A stretch of 64,000 bases of DNA from Octopus sinensis. Lineage: Eukaryota. The notes beneath the pieces were generated by a model that made no database searches, was not told where the DNA came from, and worked only from the letters and a program-made list of their open reading frames with translations. A program made the position numbers and the translations under genes. Location of the stretch: positions 66,154,001 through 66,218,000 of the forward strand of contig NC_043008.1 in assembly GCF_006345805.1 (NCBI RefSeq). Direction: 5' to 3'. Of the stretch, positions 26,839 to 39,270 are shown in pieces; positions within the stretch are counted from its first letter, which is position 1; each line of letters begins with the position of its first letter.

Positions 26839-27782
26839 AAAAGGAAATCCGTTGGAAAAACAAAAACAGAACAGAGGCAGAGCAAAAAACAAATCGAACT
26901 GTGCTCCTAAGAGCCCATGGCGAAAACTGTTTATCAGTGTATGTGAGAACCGGTGGCTGATGAAGAATTCAACAGGGTCAGGAATCGGTCAAACATGGGG
27001 GGTGAGGGTAGGTATAGACGTTCTTTGTGACGAGAATAAAGTTCTGACTATTTAAAGAATATTGGATGTTTTATAAGGGGCGAGAAAAAATCTACTTAGA
27101 GACGTGTGGTGTGTATACTGTTCTATATATGTGTGTGTTGGCGTAGGGGTAGAAAACATTTTTTGTGTACGTGTGTGTGCGTTTGATCGTTCGGCTGTCG
27201 GATGTTTTAATTTCAATTATCCGCACCAACGCACGGTTGCAACGCGAGATGGTTGTACCTCCAACCGTGCTGTTCACTGCTGTGTGATTTGCTACTAGGT
27301 ATCGGTTTAAACTTTGATTAATCTACTACAAGATTATTCATCTTTCTATTTCACATAATATATATATATATATAATATATATATAGTATATATATATATA
27401 TATATACGTTTAATTATTTGTTGTGCAAGATTTTTTTATGTGAAGTCGTGTGTTGAAACAGATATTGTTATATTCGGAATGGTCATTCCGAAATATAACA
27501 AATAATATATATATATATATGTATGTATGTATGTATCTGTGTATATGTATATCTCTCATAATTGTTTTCTTTGTGTTAGACACCGGTAGCTGGTTTTGCA
27601 TTAATGTAATAAACTGAGAAACATGAACATTGTCTATCTCTTTGAGTTTTCTGCTTAAGTTATCACATTAAGATTATATTCTCGTTGCACCTACGAAACG
27701 TTTGCGCAATATACAAACATATGATAATACAATATTATATTACACATGTGTGCATACATACACACACACACAAACACACACA

Positions 27783-27985
27783 CACGGTGCGGTAAATAAA
27801 TTATCGTCTAAATTATGCAAACATGAAAATAACACTGACATCTCATTTTAACAGCTATATTTGCCAAAATTACATTAAAATACCTTGAAATACTAAAGAG
27901 TAAATTCATTCAATAAAATCGCCATTGGCTTCAACCACAGTCTCTAGACGACTTCGAAATATCCTGCAACTCTTCTGGACAGTCA
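27783..27985 (-). mobile_element. Tc1/mariner (maT-like) 3' end fragment
   Basis: QKSCRIFRSRLETVVEANGDFIE*, then TIR-like end CACGGTGCGGTAAATAAATT on the plus strand. Confidence 0.65.
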
Positions 27986-28033
27986 ATAATAATGCAAGTG
28001 AAAAATCAATTACACGTGGATTTGTTCATTGCA

Positions 28034-30023
28034 TTAAATATTAATATAAGGTAAAAGACTAACTATATTATCAGTATTTTGATCAATTATAGAATCTAAA
28101 CCTTCTTCCGAATGATTATTAATAACGTTAATTTCATTATGCATATTATCAGTTCTACAAATATTTATAGATTTAGAATTTAGATATTCTCTCATTATCT
28201 GTTTATTTTGTGCTGCAATAATCTCAGCTAAATTTCTAGTGGTTGAATACGAAAACTTAACACTATGTCTATCTAATAATTTTCCATATTTACTTGAAGT
28301 TTGGAAATACCTGTCTAGTGCTGCAAAGATTTTACATGGGATATTAGAAGCTATTAAATATGAAAATGGAGCATTATACCATATAACATTTGTTGATCTA
28401 TTCTTCTTATTATTTCTATAATATTTTGTCAGTATTACTTTTATTAAAATTATGTTGTTCTTATTATAATTTTTATTCATAAATTTGTAGTTATTGTTGT
28501 TGTTGTTGTTATCATCATTATTGTTATTATTATCATTATTATTGTGGTTATTTTTATCTAAATGTTCAGTTTTCTTATACTCTTTATTAATTTTCAACAT
28601 TTCTATAATCCTATCATTTTCTAGATCTTTACTATTATTATGAGGATTCTGGATATTGTAAACCTTATCTTTATATCCAGCTTCAATAATTCATGGTTAT
28701 AATAAGTTTGATTTTTCTCAAATATATCCTCATTAGCCGAAAGCCTCGAAATACGAGTAGATATATGCTTAACGATTGAATTTATTATGCTTCTTGGATG
28801 ATTAGAATTTTTATTAATACATCGTAAGCATTCATTAGGCTAATGATAAGGTTGGTGCGATTCATTATGCAAATCAAGATTAATATCCAGAAAATTAACT
28901 CTAATATATTCATTTTCTATGGTAACAGAATGACCAAGACGCTTAAAGAATTTATAAAGATTTTTCTATATCTTTCTAAATTAGCCATATTAGATTTATT
29001 TATAGTGAAAAAGCGTCATCTCTATATAATCCACATCCTAATTCTGAAAATTCATCATGTATACAATAAAGAATATAAAGACCAACTAAATCGGTAACTT
29101 GGGACAAATCACTTGATCCCATTGTAATATCGAAAGAATCAGGTCTAGCAGTTCTAGTCTAATGGTTTTACCAGCCTCTAGAATTATATTAACCTCACTT
29201 ATATTAAATCTGAATTTTTCATAGCGAAAAGCAAAGCTTTATTCAGTGGGATAAGGTTGATAAAAGAATAATAATTAGAAATATCCAACTGAATAAACTT
29301 AGTATGTTGTTTACTATTAATGCTAGAGATCCAGTCAATAACTTCCAAAAAATGTGACCACAAAGATAACCTAATACGTTGTTTAAGCCTAGGATGTGTT
29401 CATCAATAATAAATTTACTAATATTACCAATATCTCATTTGGATGGGCAACAGTCTAACATGGGGGTCAGTATTACAATTAAGCTTATGATCCTTTAAAT
29501 TAATTCTAGGCGTTCTAGGAACGTAAGGTTCAGTCTGATCATCAACTTGTAGATCTTCAACAATGCTTTTCACAGTTGGGTTAATGTTCATTAAACTCTC
29601 TATGGAGGTAATTTCATAATCTTTAGTAATTTCTTTTTTAATTAAGGAAAAATATCCTTCTGGCGCCAGATGATAAAGATTTCCAGTTTTATCCGAACGA
29701 ACAAAAATTCCAGGTTTACTTTCAAATTCTTCCAATAGAAGTTGCAATTTTTAAAAAATGTGGGTTTCTTTTCATAGAGAATCGATGGAATTTAACATTT
29801 TAATCTATATTCCACAGTTCCGTTTCGAAATTCTGGATGTAAAAATTTGTTTGATATAACTAATATCAATATCAAAAAATACCATTACCATTATCGAAGT
29901 AGTAGTCACGCCACTTCATACGGTAGATAAGTGAATTAGTCTTATTAATCAAAATTTTCATATATTCCTTTTTAGTTGATAAACGTATATATTTCTAAGA
30001 TGTGTCGATAAAAATGTCTTCAT
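28034..30023 (-). mobile_element. Decayed Penelope-like retroelement ORF (RT, Naiad/Chlamys-like motifs)
   Basis: SDKTGNLY, LKDHK, FIQLDI, FDITMGS, GLYRDD (YRDD at 29015-29026), VNFLDI, SNHP, VIWYNAPFS..VKFSYS; many stops and frameshifts. Confidence 0.9.
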
Positions 30024-30227
30024 ATCAATGAAAATCCGCTGTAAGCACTGCAAACCAATAGAATAATAGAGTATATAAGTAGGAGATAAAATGGTATTAA
30101 AAAATCTTGGCTGATCTCAGGTAAGGAATAGGATTAAATTTCTAACAAGCAGATAATAGTAAATGTACGTGGAATACAAATCCCAAGTAAATCCAACAAT
30201 CCTTAAGCAGAATTTTAAGAAATTCAC

Positions 30228-30261
<34 letters not shown>

Positions 30262-30282
30262 ACACACATACACACACACATG

Positions 30283-30317
<35 letters not shown>

Positions 30318-30368
30318 CTATATATATATATATAGATATATAAATATATATATATATATAAATATATA

Positions 30369-30416
<48 letters not shown>

Positions 30417-30447
30417 GTATATATATATACGTATATATATATACGTG

Positions 30448-30524
<77 letters not shown>

Positions 30525-30822
30525 TTGCGTAACGTAATAAGATAGAAAACCAAGGGTGTGTAGATATTAGAGCATATATAGATAAATGCTCTAATATCTA
30601 GACAGCCTTGGTTTTTTATCTTATTACGCAAAAAATTCTTATATACATACGCTGACGTAGAACCAACGTTGAAACCTTTATTCGCAATATTACCGAATCT
30701 GGAACTTAACTATGGTCTGTCTATAGCACTTATTCAGCATTACCTGATACCTTTGGGTATCAATGACACCATTATATACATATTCATACACACACATGCA
30801 CGCACCCACAGACACATATTTA

Positions 30823-32046
30823 CAGGGGTTGGACAAAATAATGGAAACACCTAGCATCATAGCATCATAATTTTGAAATATCTACAAAACCGTCAAAAGC
30901 TTGTTTATTTTTATGTTGTTTTTTTTATATATTATTAGTGTAGCTTAATATGTTTGGCTAAAATTGCTGTTTCTTTTCAGATATCATCAGAAAAAGGTAA
31001 TTAAAATTCATTAAAATGAAGATCTATCGGACTTTCAAAGAGGTCAAATTGTTGGTGCTCGCATGGCAGGCGCTAGCGTAACGAAAACAACCGAAATGTT
31101 TGGTGTATCAAGAAGTACTGTCTCGAAAGTAATGACAGCCTTTCAGAAAGAGGGAAACGCCTCCTCGTCGAAACAAAACTCCGGAAGAAAACAAAAACTT
31201 TCAAACAGGGACAATCGGGCTCTTCCGCGAATTGTTACAAAGGATCGCAAAAGTACTGCTCCCAAAATTACTGCAGGGCTTAATGACCACTTCGAGAACC
31301 CAGTTTCCACAAAAACTGTTCGCTGGGAGCTGCTCAAAGCCGGTTTTCACGGGAGGGTTGCAATCACAAAACTACTACATTCAAAAACAAACGTTGCAAA
31401 GCATTTAGAGTGGCGTAAAAAACCTACAGATAGAAGAATGTTATTTTCCCGGACAACCGGCCTAGTATACTTGTGGAGACAGCCAAAAGAGGCATTTGCT
31501 TTCTCTCAACTGTAAAACATGGAGGAGGATCTGTTATGACATCGTGGGGCTGTATCTTGGAAATTCGCCGGCCCAATGGTCTCCCTTCAGGACAGAATTA
31601 ATCGTCAAGACTATTTAAGCATTTTATCTGATCAAATTCATCCTATGGTTGTGGAACTATTTCCGGAGGGAAATCACAATCTTTCAGGATGATAATGCAC
31701 CAATTCACACAGCTAAAGTTGTTACTGAATGGCACAAGGAACATTCTAGTGAAGTTGAACATCTTATCTTCTCACTACAGTCCCCAGATCTCAATATTAT
31801 GGAACATTTATGGTGCATTTTAGAAAAACAAGTAAGGAGTGATATCCTCCACCATCATCACTACAAGAACTGGAGACTGTTTTAGCTGAAGAATGGACAA
31901 AATTTCCTTTGGAAACAACCCAAACTTTGTACAAGTCCATAATACCTCATAGAATTCAAGGTGTAATTACTGCCAAAGTTGGTGATACCCCATATTAAAA
32001 TAAATTTGAAATTTTAAGATGTTTCCATTATTTTGTCCAACCCCTG
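30823..32046 (+). mobile_element. Tc1 (DD34E) element with both TIRs, inactive, 1224 bp
   Basis: TIR CAGGGGTTGGACAAAATAATGGAAACA with TA TSD; FQRGQIVGAR, FQDDNAPIH and QSPDLNI.EHLW; first catalytic Asp region deleted. Confidence 0.97.
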
Positions 32047-32101
<55 letters not shown>

Positions 32102-32351
32102 TAATATATATATATACTTATATATATATATATATATATATATATACTCATAACCATATTCATCCCAGTAAATGACCACAGCACTTTGTCTTGGCTACAC
32201 GCGGTGGGAAGGGACTGGTGACACAAGCTTTCATTCATACTTTGAATTTGGTGATACTAGCTGTGGCTTCTAGCTCGCTCTGATACTGAGTTGAGTTGGT
32301 GCCTTCTAGTATCTCAAAATTCAATATTCAATCATTCATGATTGTTTGTAT

Positions 32352-32443
32352 CCTGCGCTGATGAAAGAAGAAGTCTGGGTAAGGTAGAGTTATCTAATTC
32401 TTATGCTTTCCTAAGACTTGATCTCGAAACGTACGTCCGTAGG
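32352..32443 (+). ncRNA. Type I hammerhead ribozyme motif, canonical core, GUC site
   Basis: Stem I CCTGCG/CGTAGG, CTGATGA, long stem II (AAGTCT/AGACTT), GAA, palindromic ACGTACGT, C17; position 10.1 is A rather than G. Confidence 0.8.
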
Positions 32444-32636
32444 TGACTTAAAACTGTATGATAGATTGCCGTTAATTCATTCTCTTTTACCTGTTTGTGT
32501 TTGCCTTTCAAATGCTGTGCCTTTACTGTGATCTCCCTTTTAGTAGAAGAAATACTATAATCTCTTTGACTGCTATTTCTAAATTCGGTGTGTGGTAGGC
32601 AATTCGTTGCTAAACCCTTAATTGCTTAGTATTACT

Positions 32637-32687
<51 letters not shown>

Positions 32688-32778
32688 AGGTTAATCCAAA
32701 CGGGAAAACAGAAAAAACAACGATACAAGGAGGTGGAACAATTAAAGTATTATTATTAGGCGCTCAGGAAAAAGGGAA

Positions 32779-32817
<39 letters not shown>

Positions 32818-33595
32818 CGTATATATAGTTTGTATACCATTTTTGCGACTCTTCCTTCTCTCTCTCTCTCGTCCTAATATTCTTTTTCTAGCAACTCTAC
32901 TTCCTCCCTCACTCTCTCTCGTCTTCTCACACTTAATTGTAGACTTTCTCCCTTTCTTCTCCTGTTCTCTCTCTCTCTATCTCTCTCTCCCTCCCTTCTC
33001 CCCTTCTATCTGCTAGCCACACGTGACCTGTGACTGTTTTTCTATCTTTTGTCTTTTTGTCGTTGGACGCCAAACGTGCTGGTCAAACTTTTTTCTCTTC
33101 TCAATTCTGTTCTCTTTTTTCTCTTCCTTATTTCTCTTCTCAATTCTGTTCTTTATATACATTTGAGGATTTCTCCCAGGCGTTAATCCATTATTCTTGT
33201 GTTTGGCTCCAAAGCTATATTATTTATTATTTCGTTCATCGTTTCAAATTACAGTTGTTTACTTTGGTACGTCCACTCTGTATTATTTTATTTGTTCGAA
33301 CCCTAATACTCCGCAAATCTAGCGGGTGCCGCCGATATACGAAGTTCCTAGTCTTATCGTTAAAGGCATGAAACAAAGCATCAGGGTTCTAATTAGTGTC
33401 TGTCCTACGTGTACGTTTTGTAGTATTTAATGCATTTTTTTATATATATATATATAAATATATATATAAATATATATATATATACATATATATATATTCG
33501 TAAAATTATATAGGGTGGTGAATATTTTTAGAAATTTCACCACCAGCGGCCTAGCATGTATAAAAAGTCAATAGACAACAAATTCTCAATATAAA

Positions 33596-33884
33596 ATAGT
33601 GTACATTTAAACACAAGAGAAAATTACCTTTAACAGGTAATCTTTACACGCTAGAAGAAGCAGTCAAAATGACCAAAACCACATTTTAACAGCAATTTTC
33701 GAAGGAATGAAAAATAAAAATTTTTACCTTGTTATATTAAAAAATAATAAGGTAAAAGTTTTTATTTTTCATTCCCTTCGAAAATTGCTGCTAAAATGTG
33801 GTTTTGGTCGTTTTGGCTGCTTCTTCTAGCGTGTAAAAATTACCTATTAAAGGTAGTTTTCTCTTGTGTTTTAGGGTACACTAT
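33596..33884. repeat. ~140-bp inverted repeat with 10-bp spacer
   Basis: 33596-33734 complementary to 33745-33884, about 90 percent by eye. Confidence 0.85.
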
Positions 33885-35477
33885 GTATTATAGTATTAAA
33901 ATTAATAATAATATGTACGAAAATTTATGTCAACACAACATTATCAAAGTAATCCAAATTGGTGAAATTCTAACTGAACATCTGAAAAGATTTTTAGTTG
34001 GTTATATGGTTAAGAAGTCCGCTTCGCAGCCACATGTTTTTCGTTCCTGTCTCACCACACAACAATTTGAGCAAGTGACTTCTATCATAGCTCCGGCCGA
34101 CAAATGGGAGAGGATTTGGTGGATGGAAATTATTGTGTACATCCGTATGTGTATGTGTGTGCGCGAGTGTATCTATCTAAGCATCTATTTTTGCTTATAT
34201 GTTATATAAGTATGAATGCAGTGAGTGTGGGATTCTCTATCGGTGAGCATATTTGTATACATGTTAGAAGGTAAACACTCGATAAACTGGAATCACGTAA
34301 ATTATTACATTGTACAAGAGGCAAATTAGGAGCAAGCAATCAAAACATTGTACCACACTGATATCAACCGACTATGAGAGAGTATCTGGTGTATCAGCTA
34401 GCCCCGTTTAAAGAATATTCAAAGAAAAGGATAGGATAATCTGAGTAACCGAGGGATGTAAACTGGAGCTGTTATCTTATATAATGAATTATTAGTCTAA
34501 TTAAAGTATTGGTTTCAAATTTTGGGACAAGGACAAAGGTTATATTTGAGTTCGTGGGGATTCGAATACTTTACATAAAGTATTGGGTTCTTATTTACTT
34601 TGTTCGTGTTTTACTATGTATGTAGTGTCACAAAATTCACTACTAATTACAGAAACGTGTATACATATATACATGTATTTTCACCTACATATATGCATAC
34701 ATATCTCTCTCCTATTCTCTTCCTCTATATATAATGTGTACATAATAAATATTTACAAGATATATGTGTGGGTGTCTCTGTGTATAATACATATATATAT
34801 ATATATATATATACATACATTATACATATGCATATGTAACTATAGATAGACAGATATACAGATAGGCAGATAGATAGATAGAGACACACACCCTCACACA
34901 CATACACATGCACACACACACGCACACACACACATACATACACACACATACACTTCACACATCAACAGCTGCGAACTTCACAGGAGACCGATTGCTGCAA
35001 CGATAACCGTGTTCTCCAAAGTTCACGCGGCCTACAGTCTCTCGAAACCCAGAGAGTTCTGGTTCCAACGCAGTATGAAAGATCGTTGTGCAAGACATAG
35101 CTGTTCTTTGACACCTATACACGCCTTCTCGATGCCTGACGCCAAAACCTACTTATTCACTTGGGTCTTTCTGCACTCACATATTAATAATGTATATGAA
35201 ACAAACACCAACAAGCTACAATTAGATCCATCTCAACCGTTTTCTTGAGTTCAGTGCACGACCAACCACATGTTGATACTTTCACCTTTGATAATGCTGT
35301 GAACCAATGAATTAGTCTTCTTTGATCTTAGATGTTCCATCGAGAGAATTGTTAACTAAGATATCTTTTATTTTCTGCCTGTTTCAATCATTAGACTGTG
35401 GCCATTTTGGGGCACGGCCATGGAGAATTTTGTTTGTAGTGGAATGAATTAACCCCCAATACTTATTTCTTGATTAT

Positions 35478-35712
35478 GTGAATATTGTTCGAAAATAATT
35501 GTTCGAAAACAATTATTCGAAAAACATTTATTCAAATGGAAAATTGTATGAATGAAAATTATTGAAAAGGACAATTGTACGAAATGTTACTTATTCTAAA
35601 TCTAATGATACAATTAAAAATCTAATGATACAATTAAAAATCAAGTACACAAATTATATTTATTTCGAATAACTGTTTTTCGAATAATTGTTTTCGGACA
35701 ATTTTCATGATA
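35478..35712. mobile_element. MITE-like element with ~40-bp inverted arms built of 14-15-bp TTCGAAAA repeats
   Basis: AATTGTTCGAAAACAATTATTCGAAAAAC mirrored at the right end. Confidence 0.5.
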
Positions 35713-35854
35713 CGTATTTCTTTAAGTATGGTTCATATTCTATCAGTTTATTTGCCAAACCGCTAAGTTACAGAGATGTATCAAGCGGTACACACACACA
35801 CATATATATACACACCTACATATAGATATACACATACATATATATATATAATAT

Positions 35855-35896
<42 letters not shown>

Positions 35897-35899
<3 letters not shown>

Positions 35900-36743
35900 G
35901 CAGAATTGCCCGGCGTTGCTCGGGGCTGAATTGCTTGAAAGTACTGTTAATGATTGCACTGAATTATGATGATTATTCAGGCAAATATTGATATAAGTTT
36001 ACGCTGGGAGATAAGGACTTAACGATCAAACGTGTGCCATTGCATTGTTTTGGGGGAACCAAATTTCTGATGAGCATTATAGGGGCACCGACTTTAAGTT
36101 TGAGAATGTGTGGTGTTAGTCCGGGGTGCTCAAAGGAATTGAGTATCTCTATTGGATAGTTGATGACGTCCTGTGGGTCAGAAGTTGTATTGATAGACTG
36201 ATATACATAGACTTCCCCAGGAATGAGTTTTAGCATTTCATCATTAATATGGTGAACAGTTTTATTCCTCGGGGCCAATATAGCCTTTTGGCCAATCCAA
36301 TCCATATTCTGATAATTAGCTTGTAGATCTTGGAAAACTGCATCTCTGAGATCAGAAGGCGTCTTAACAATGGTACAAATGGAATCGATGGCAATATTAC
36401 CATTTTCATCCCCTGGTATTTTGCCTTCGCCAAGTGCAAGGAGGGTGTGAGGAAATGCTGCTGATGTGATATTACGTCGCATATGAGCACGCAATTGGTG
36501 TGAAGTTTGAGAGTTACTTCCCTTTATTTAAAACAAATATGCATTAAAATGGGAGAAAATGATGGTAAATTATTTGTAAAATCGTAGACTCATCGTAGAC
36601 GCGCGCTAATACCCAGAAGGGCTCGATATGAATCACGACTATAAGATACTCGATTTTGGTTAAACTGCATCGCAAAATGTGGGAGTAGTTAGGAATCTAA
36701 ATCGGAGTAGACAGACACACAACCTTTCTTTTATATATAAATA
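35897..36743 (-). mobile_element. Non-autonomous Helitron (family A) retaining a Pif1-type helicase fragment
   Basis: 3' hairpin CCCGAGCAACGCCGGG; ends shared with 38041-38433; ORF 35973-36494 has AILAPRN and LKVGAPIMLIRNL..CNGTRL. Confidence 0.9.
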
Positions 36744-38040
36744 TTTTCGTCCGTCCTAAAAAACTTTGTGCGGAGTGAATGGTTACCTCTATGGAAATAT
36801 ATACACACACATTATACATATATGTGTGTATAGATGAATATATAAATACATTTAAATATCTATATACACTTTTGGGCGATCTTTCTGCTACTTGGATATA
36901 CTTTAGATCTTATATTCGTCCAATTCGTCCTAAATAACTTTGTATGGAGTGAATGGTTACCTCTATGGAAATATATACACACACATTATACATACATGTG
37001 TGTGTTTATATACACTTTTGGGCGACTGCTACTTAGAGATAACTTTAGATGTTATTTTCGTCCTAAAAAAACTTTGTGCGGAGTGAATGGTTACCTCTAT
37101 GGAAATATATACACACACATTATACATACATGTGTGTGTCTATATACACTTTTGGGCGACAGCTACTTAGAGATAACTTTAGATGTTATTTTCGTCCTAA
37201 AAAAACTTTGTGCGGAGTGAATGGTTACCTCTATGGAAATATATACACACACATTATACATACATCTGTGTATAGATGAATATATAAATACATTTAAAAA
37301 ACTTTCCTGTCACACACGCACACACACACACACACACACACACGCACCCTCACACACACACACTCACACACACACACGCACACACACACACACACGTTAG
37401 CTTACAATTTTATTTATATATTTGCGTGTTTATGTGTGTAAAGAGGAAGTGGGAATGCAGAGTGAAAGATTGAATCCCATCAAACACACACACACACACA
37501 CACACTCACGCACGCACACATGTACATCAATGCTTTCGGAGTGAAATGTTAAAATATTGAGTTTTCTCGAATTTTGTCTTAATTGGGGGTAAAATTGAAA
37601 GAAATTTTGTATGCATGACCCAATGGAAGTACTTTGAAAAATCATGGGTAAACTCTAATTGAAGAAATTGTGTGAGGAGTAAATCGTTATGTATTTATTT
37701 GTTTCAGTTTGCTGCTTTTTTTTAGTAGTGTTGTAAGGTAGACTTGCAAAGAGAAAGGAGTAAAAATTAGAGTGATAGCGTGAGTGAAGCAGATCGCTCC
37801 GTTTTTGTGTGTGCGTGTGCTCTAGCCCACACTAAGAAAAGCACTTGACTTACACACCACAATGTGAGTTTTCTCTAAATTTGGCTTAATTGGGGTTGAA
37901 ATTTTAAAAACTGGACCTGGCACGATCCGATGCATTCTACTCTTAAAAATGCTAGGTAAATTGTAATTGAAGAAATCCTATATTGTAGATTTCTATAAGA
38001 GACAAAGGGAGGCAGATAAAATCTGCCTTTTATAATAAGA
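36744..38040 (-). mobile_element. Helitron-like family B derivative (5' end at 38040)
   Basis: 5' TCTTATTATAAAAGGCAGATTTTATCTGCC; second copy at 39535-40047; no CTRR end found. Confidence 0.65.
36745..37295. repeat. Tandem array, 4 copies, periods 174/134/134 bp
   Basis: GGAGTGAATGGTTACCTCTATGG recurs at 36772, 36946, 37080 and 37214. Confidence 0.92.
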
Positions 38041-38433
38041 CTAGCAGTATCGCCCGGCGTTGCTCGGGTTTGTAAGGGAAATAACTATATAAGCATTTTT
38101 AGAGATGTAAAGTATAATAGCCATCTCAATATGGCCAACCACAAAGGGGGGGTGTTACTGTAGCTTTTTACGTTCTGAGATTTAATAATAAATTTTAGAG
38201 AGTTACTTCCCTTATATATGTCAAAAATGGATTAAAAATGGGAAAAATTGATGGTAAATTTTTTTTTTTAATCGTAGACTCATCGTAGACGCGCGCTAAT
38301 ACCCAGACGGTCTCGATATGAATCACGACTATAAGATACCCGGTTTTGGTTAAACTGCACCGCAAAATGTGGGAGTAGTTAGGAATCTAAATCGTAGGAG
38401 ACAGACACACAACCTCACTTTTATATATAAAGA
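38041..38433 (-). mobile_element. Non-autonomous Helitron family A, 393 bp
   Basis: Canonical A|TC...hairpin-CTAG|T ends. Confidence 0.9.
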
Positions 38434-38512
38434 TTTCCTCTATTTACATAATATTGAGGTCTCTTTCTTTCTTTTGTTATCTTACTGTTTTTACCAATAT
38501 ACATATATATAT

Positions 38513-38569
<57 letters not shown>

Positions 38570-38637
38570 TATAGTTACAAAGATGTACTTGCATAGCAAG
38601 TGACTTGATCTGAGATCGTGTGCTGGAACGAAAACAG

Positions 38638-38896
38638 TTGCAGCGTTGAAGGTGTTTATAAGCCATTTAAGAAACACACAAAAACCGTTAGATTCACTTC
38701 AACATTTAAATTTAATTTGTCAAAATATTTTCGTCGCTTTGAGACCGCGACCTGTTAGCACGATATTTTTGTCAGTGAACAGGTCGCGGTCTCAAAGCGA
38801 CGAAAATATTTTGGCAAATTAAATTTAAATGTTGAAGTGAATGTAACGGTTTTTGTGTGTTTCTTAAATGGCTTACAAACACCTTCCACGCTGCAA
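38638..38896. repeat. 119-bp inverted repeat (4 mismatches), 21-bp spacer, PLE-like terminus in (TA)n
   Basis: 38638-38756 versus 38778-38896. Confidence 0.92.
38768..38818 (+). ncRNA. Hammerhead-like motif with G3:C8 swapped core
   Basis: TTTGTCA-GTGAACA-G-GTCGC(loop)GCGAC-GAA-AATATT-T-TGGCAAA. Confidence 0.6.
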
Positions 38897-38914
38897 TATA
38901 TATATACACACATA

Positions 38915-38949
<35 letters not shown>

Positions 38950-39270
38950 GTGTATATGTGTATGCATGTATGTGTGTGTGTGTGCGTGTCTGTGCTTGTG
39001 ATTGTCCTCCACCACTGCTTGACAACGAATGTTGGTTTGTTTACATCCCTGTCACCTAGTGGTTTGACAAAGGAAACAGATAGAATAAGTACAATGCTTA
39101 CAAAAATAAAACTGGAGTTGATTCATTAAACTACAATTCTTCAAGGCATTGCCCCAGCATGGCCACAGACCAATGGCTGGAAAAAGCAGAAGAATAAAAG
39201 AATACATTCTCTGCTTTGGTCTTATGTTCAAGGCATGAGAAAGCTTGAGTTTACATGAGAAGGCCTAACA

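Noticed and set aside
35973-36494. Host PIF1 gene
   Set aside because: Enclosed by Helitron termini shared with the 38041-38433 copy; fragment only.
36745-37295. CRISPR-like repeat-spacer pattern (also 39271-39534 and 935-1418)
   Set aside because: Inter-repeat segments are themselves homologous, context is eukaryotic, and there are no cas genes.
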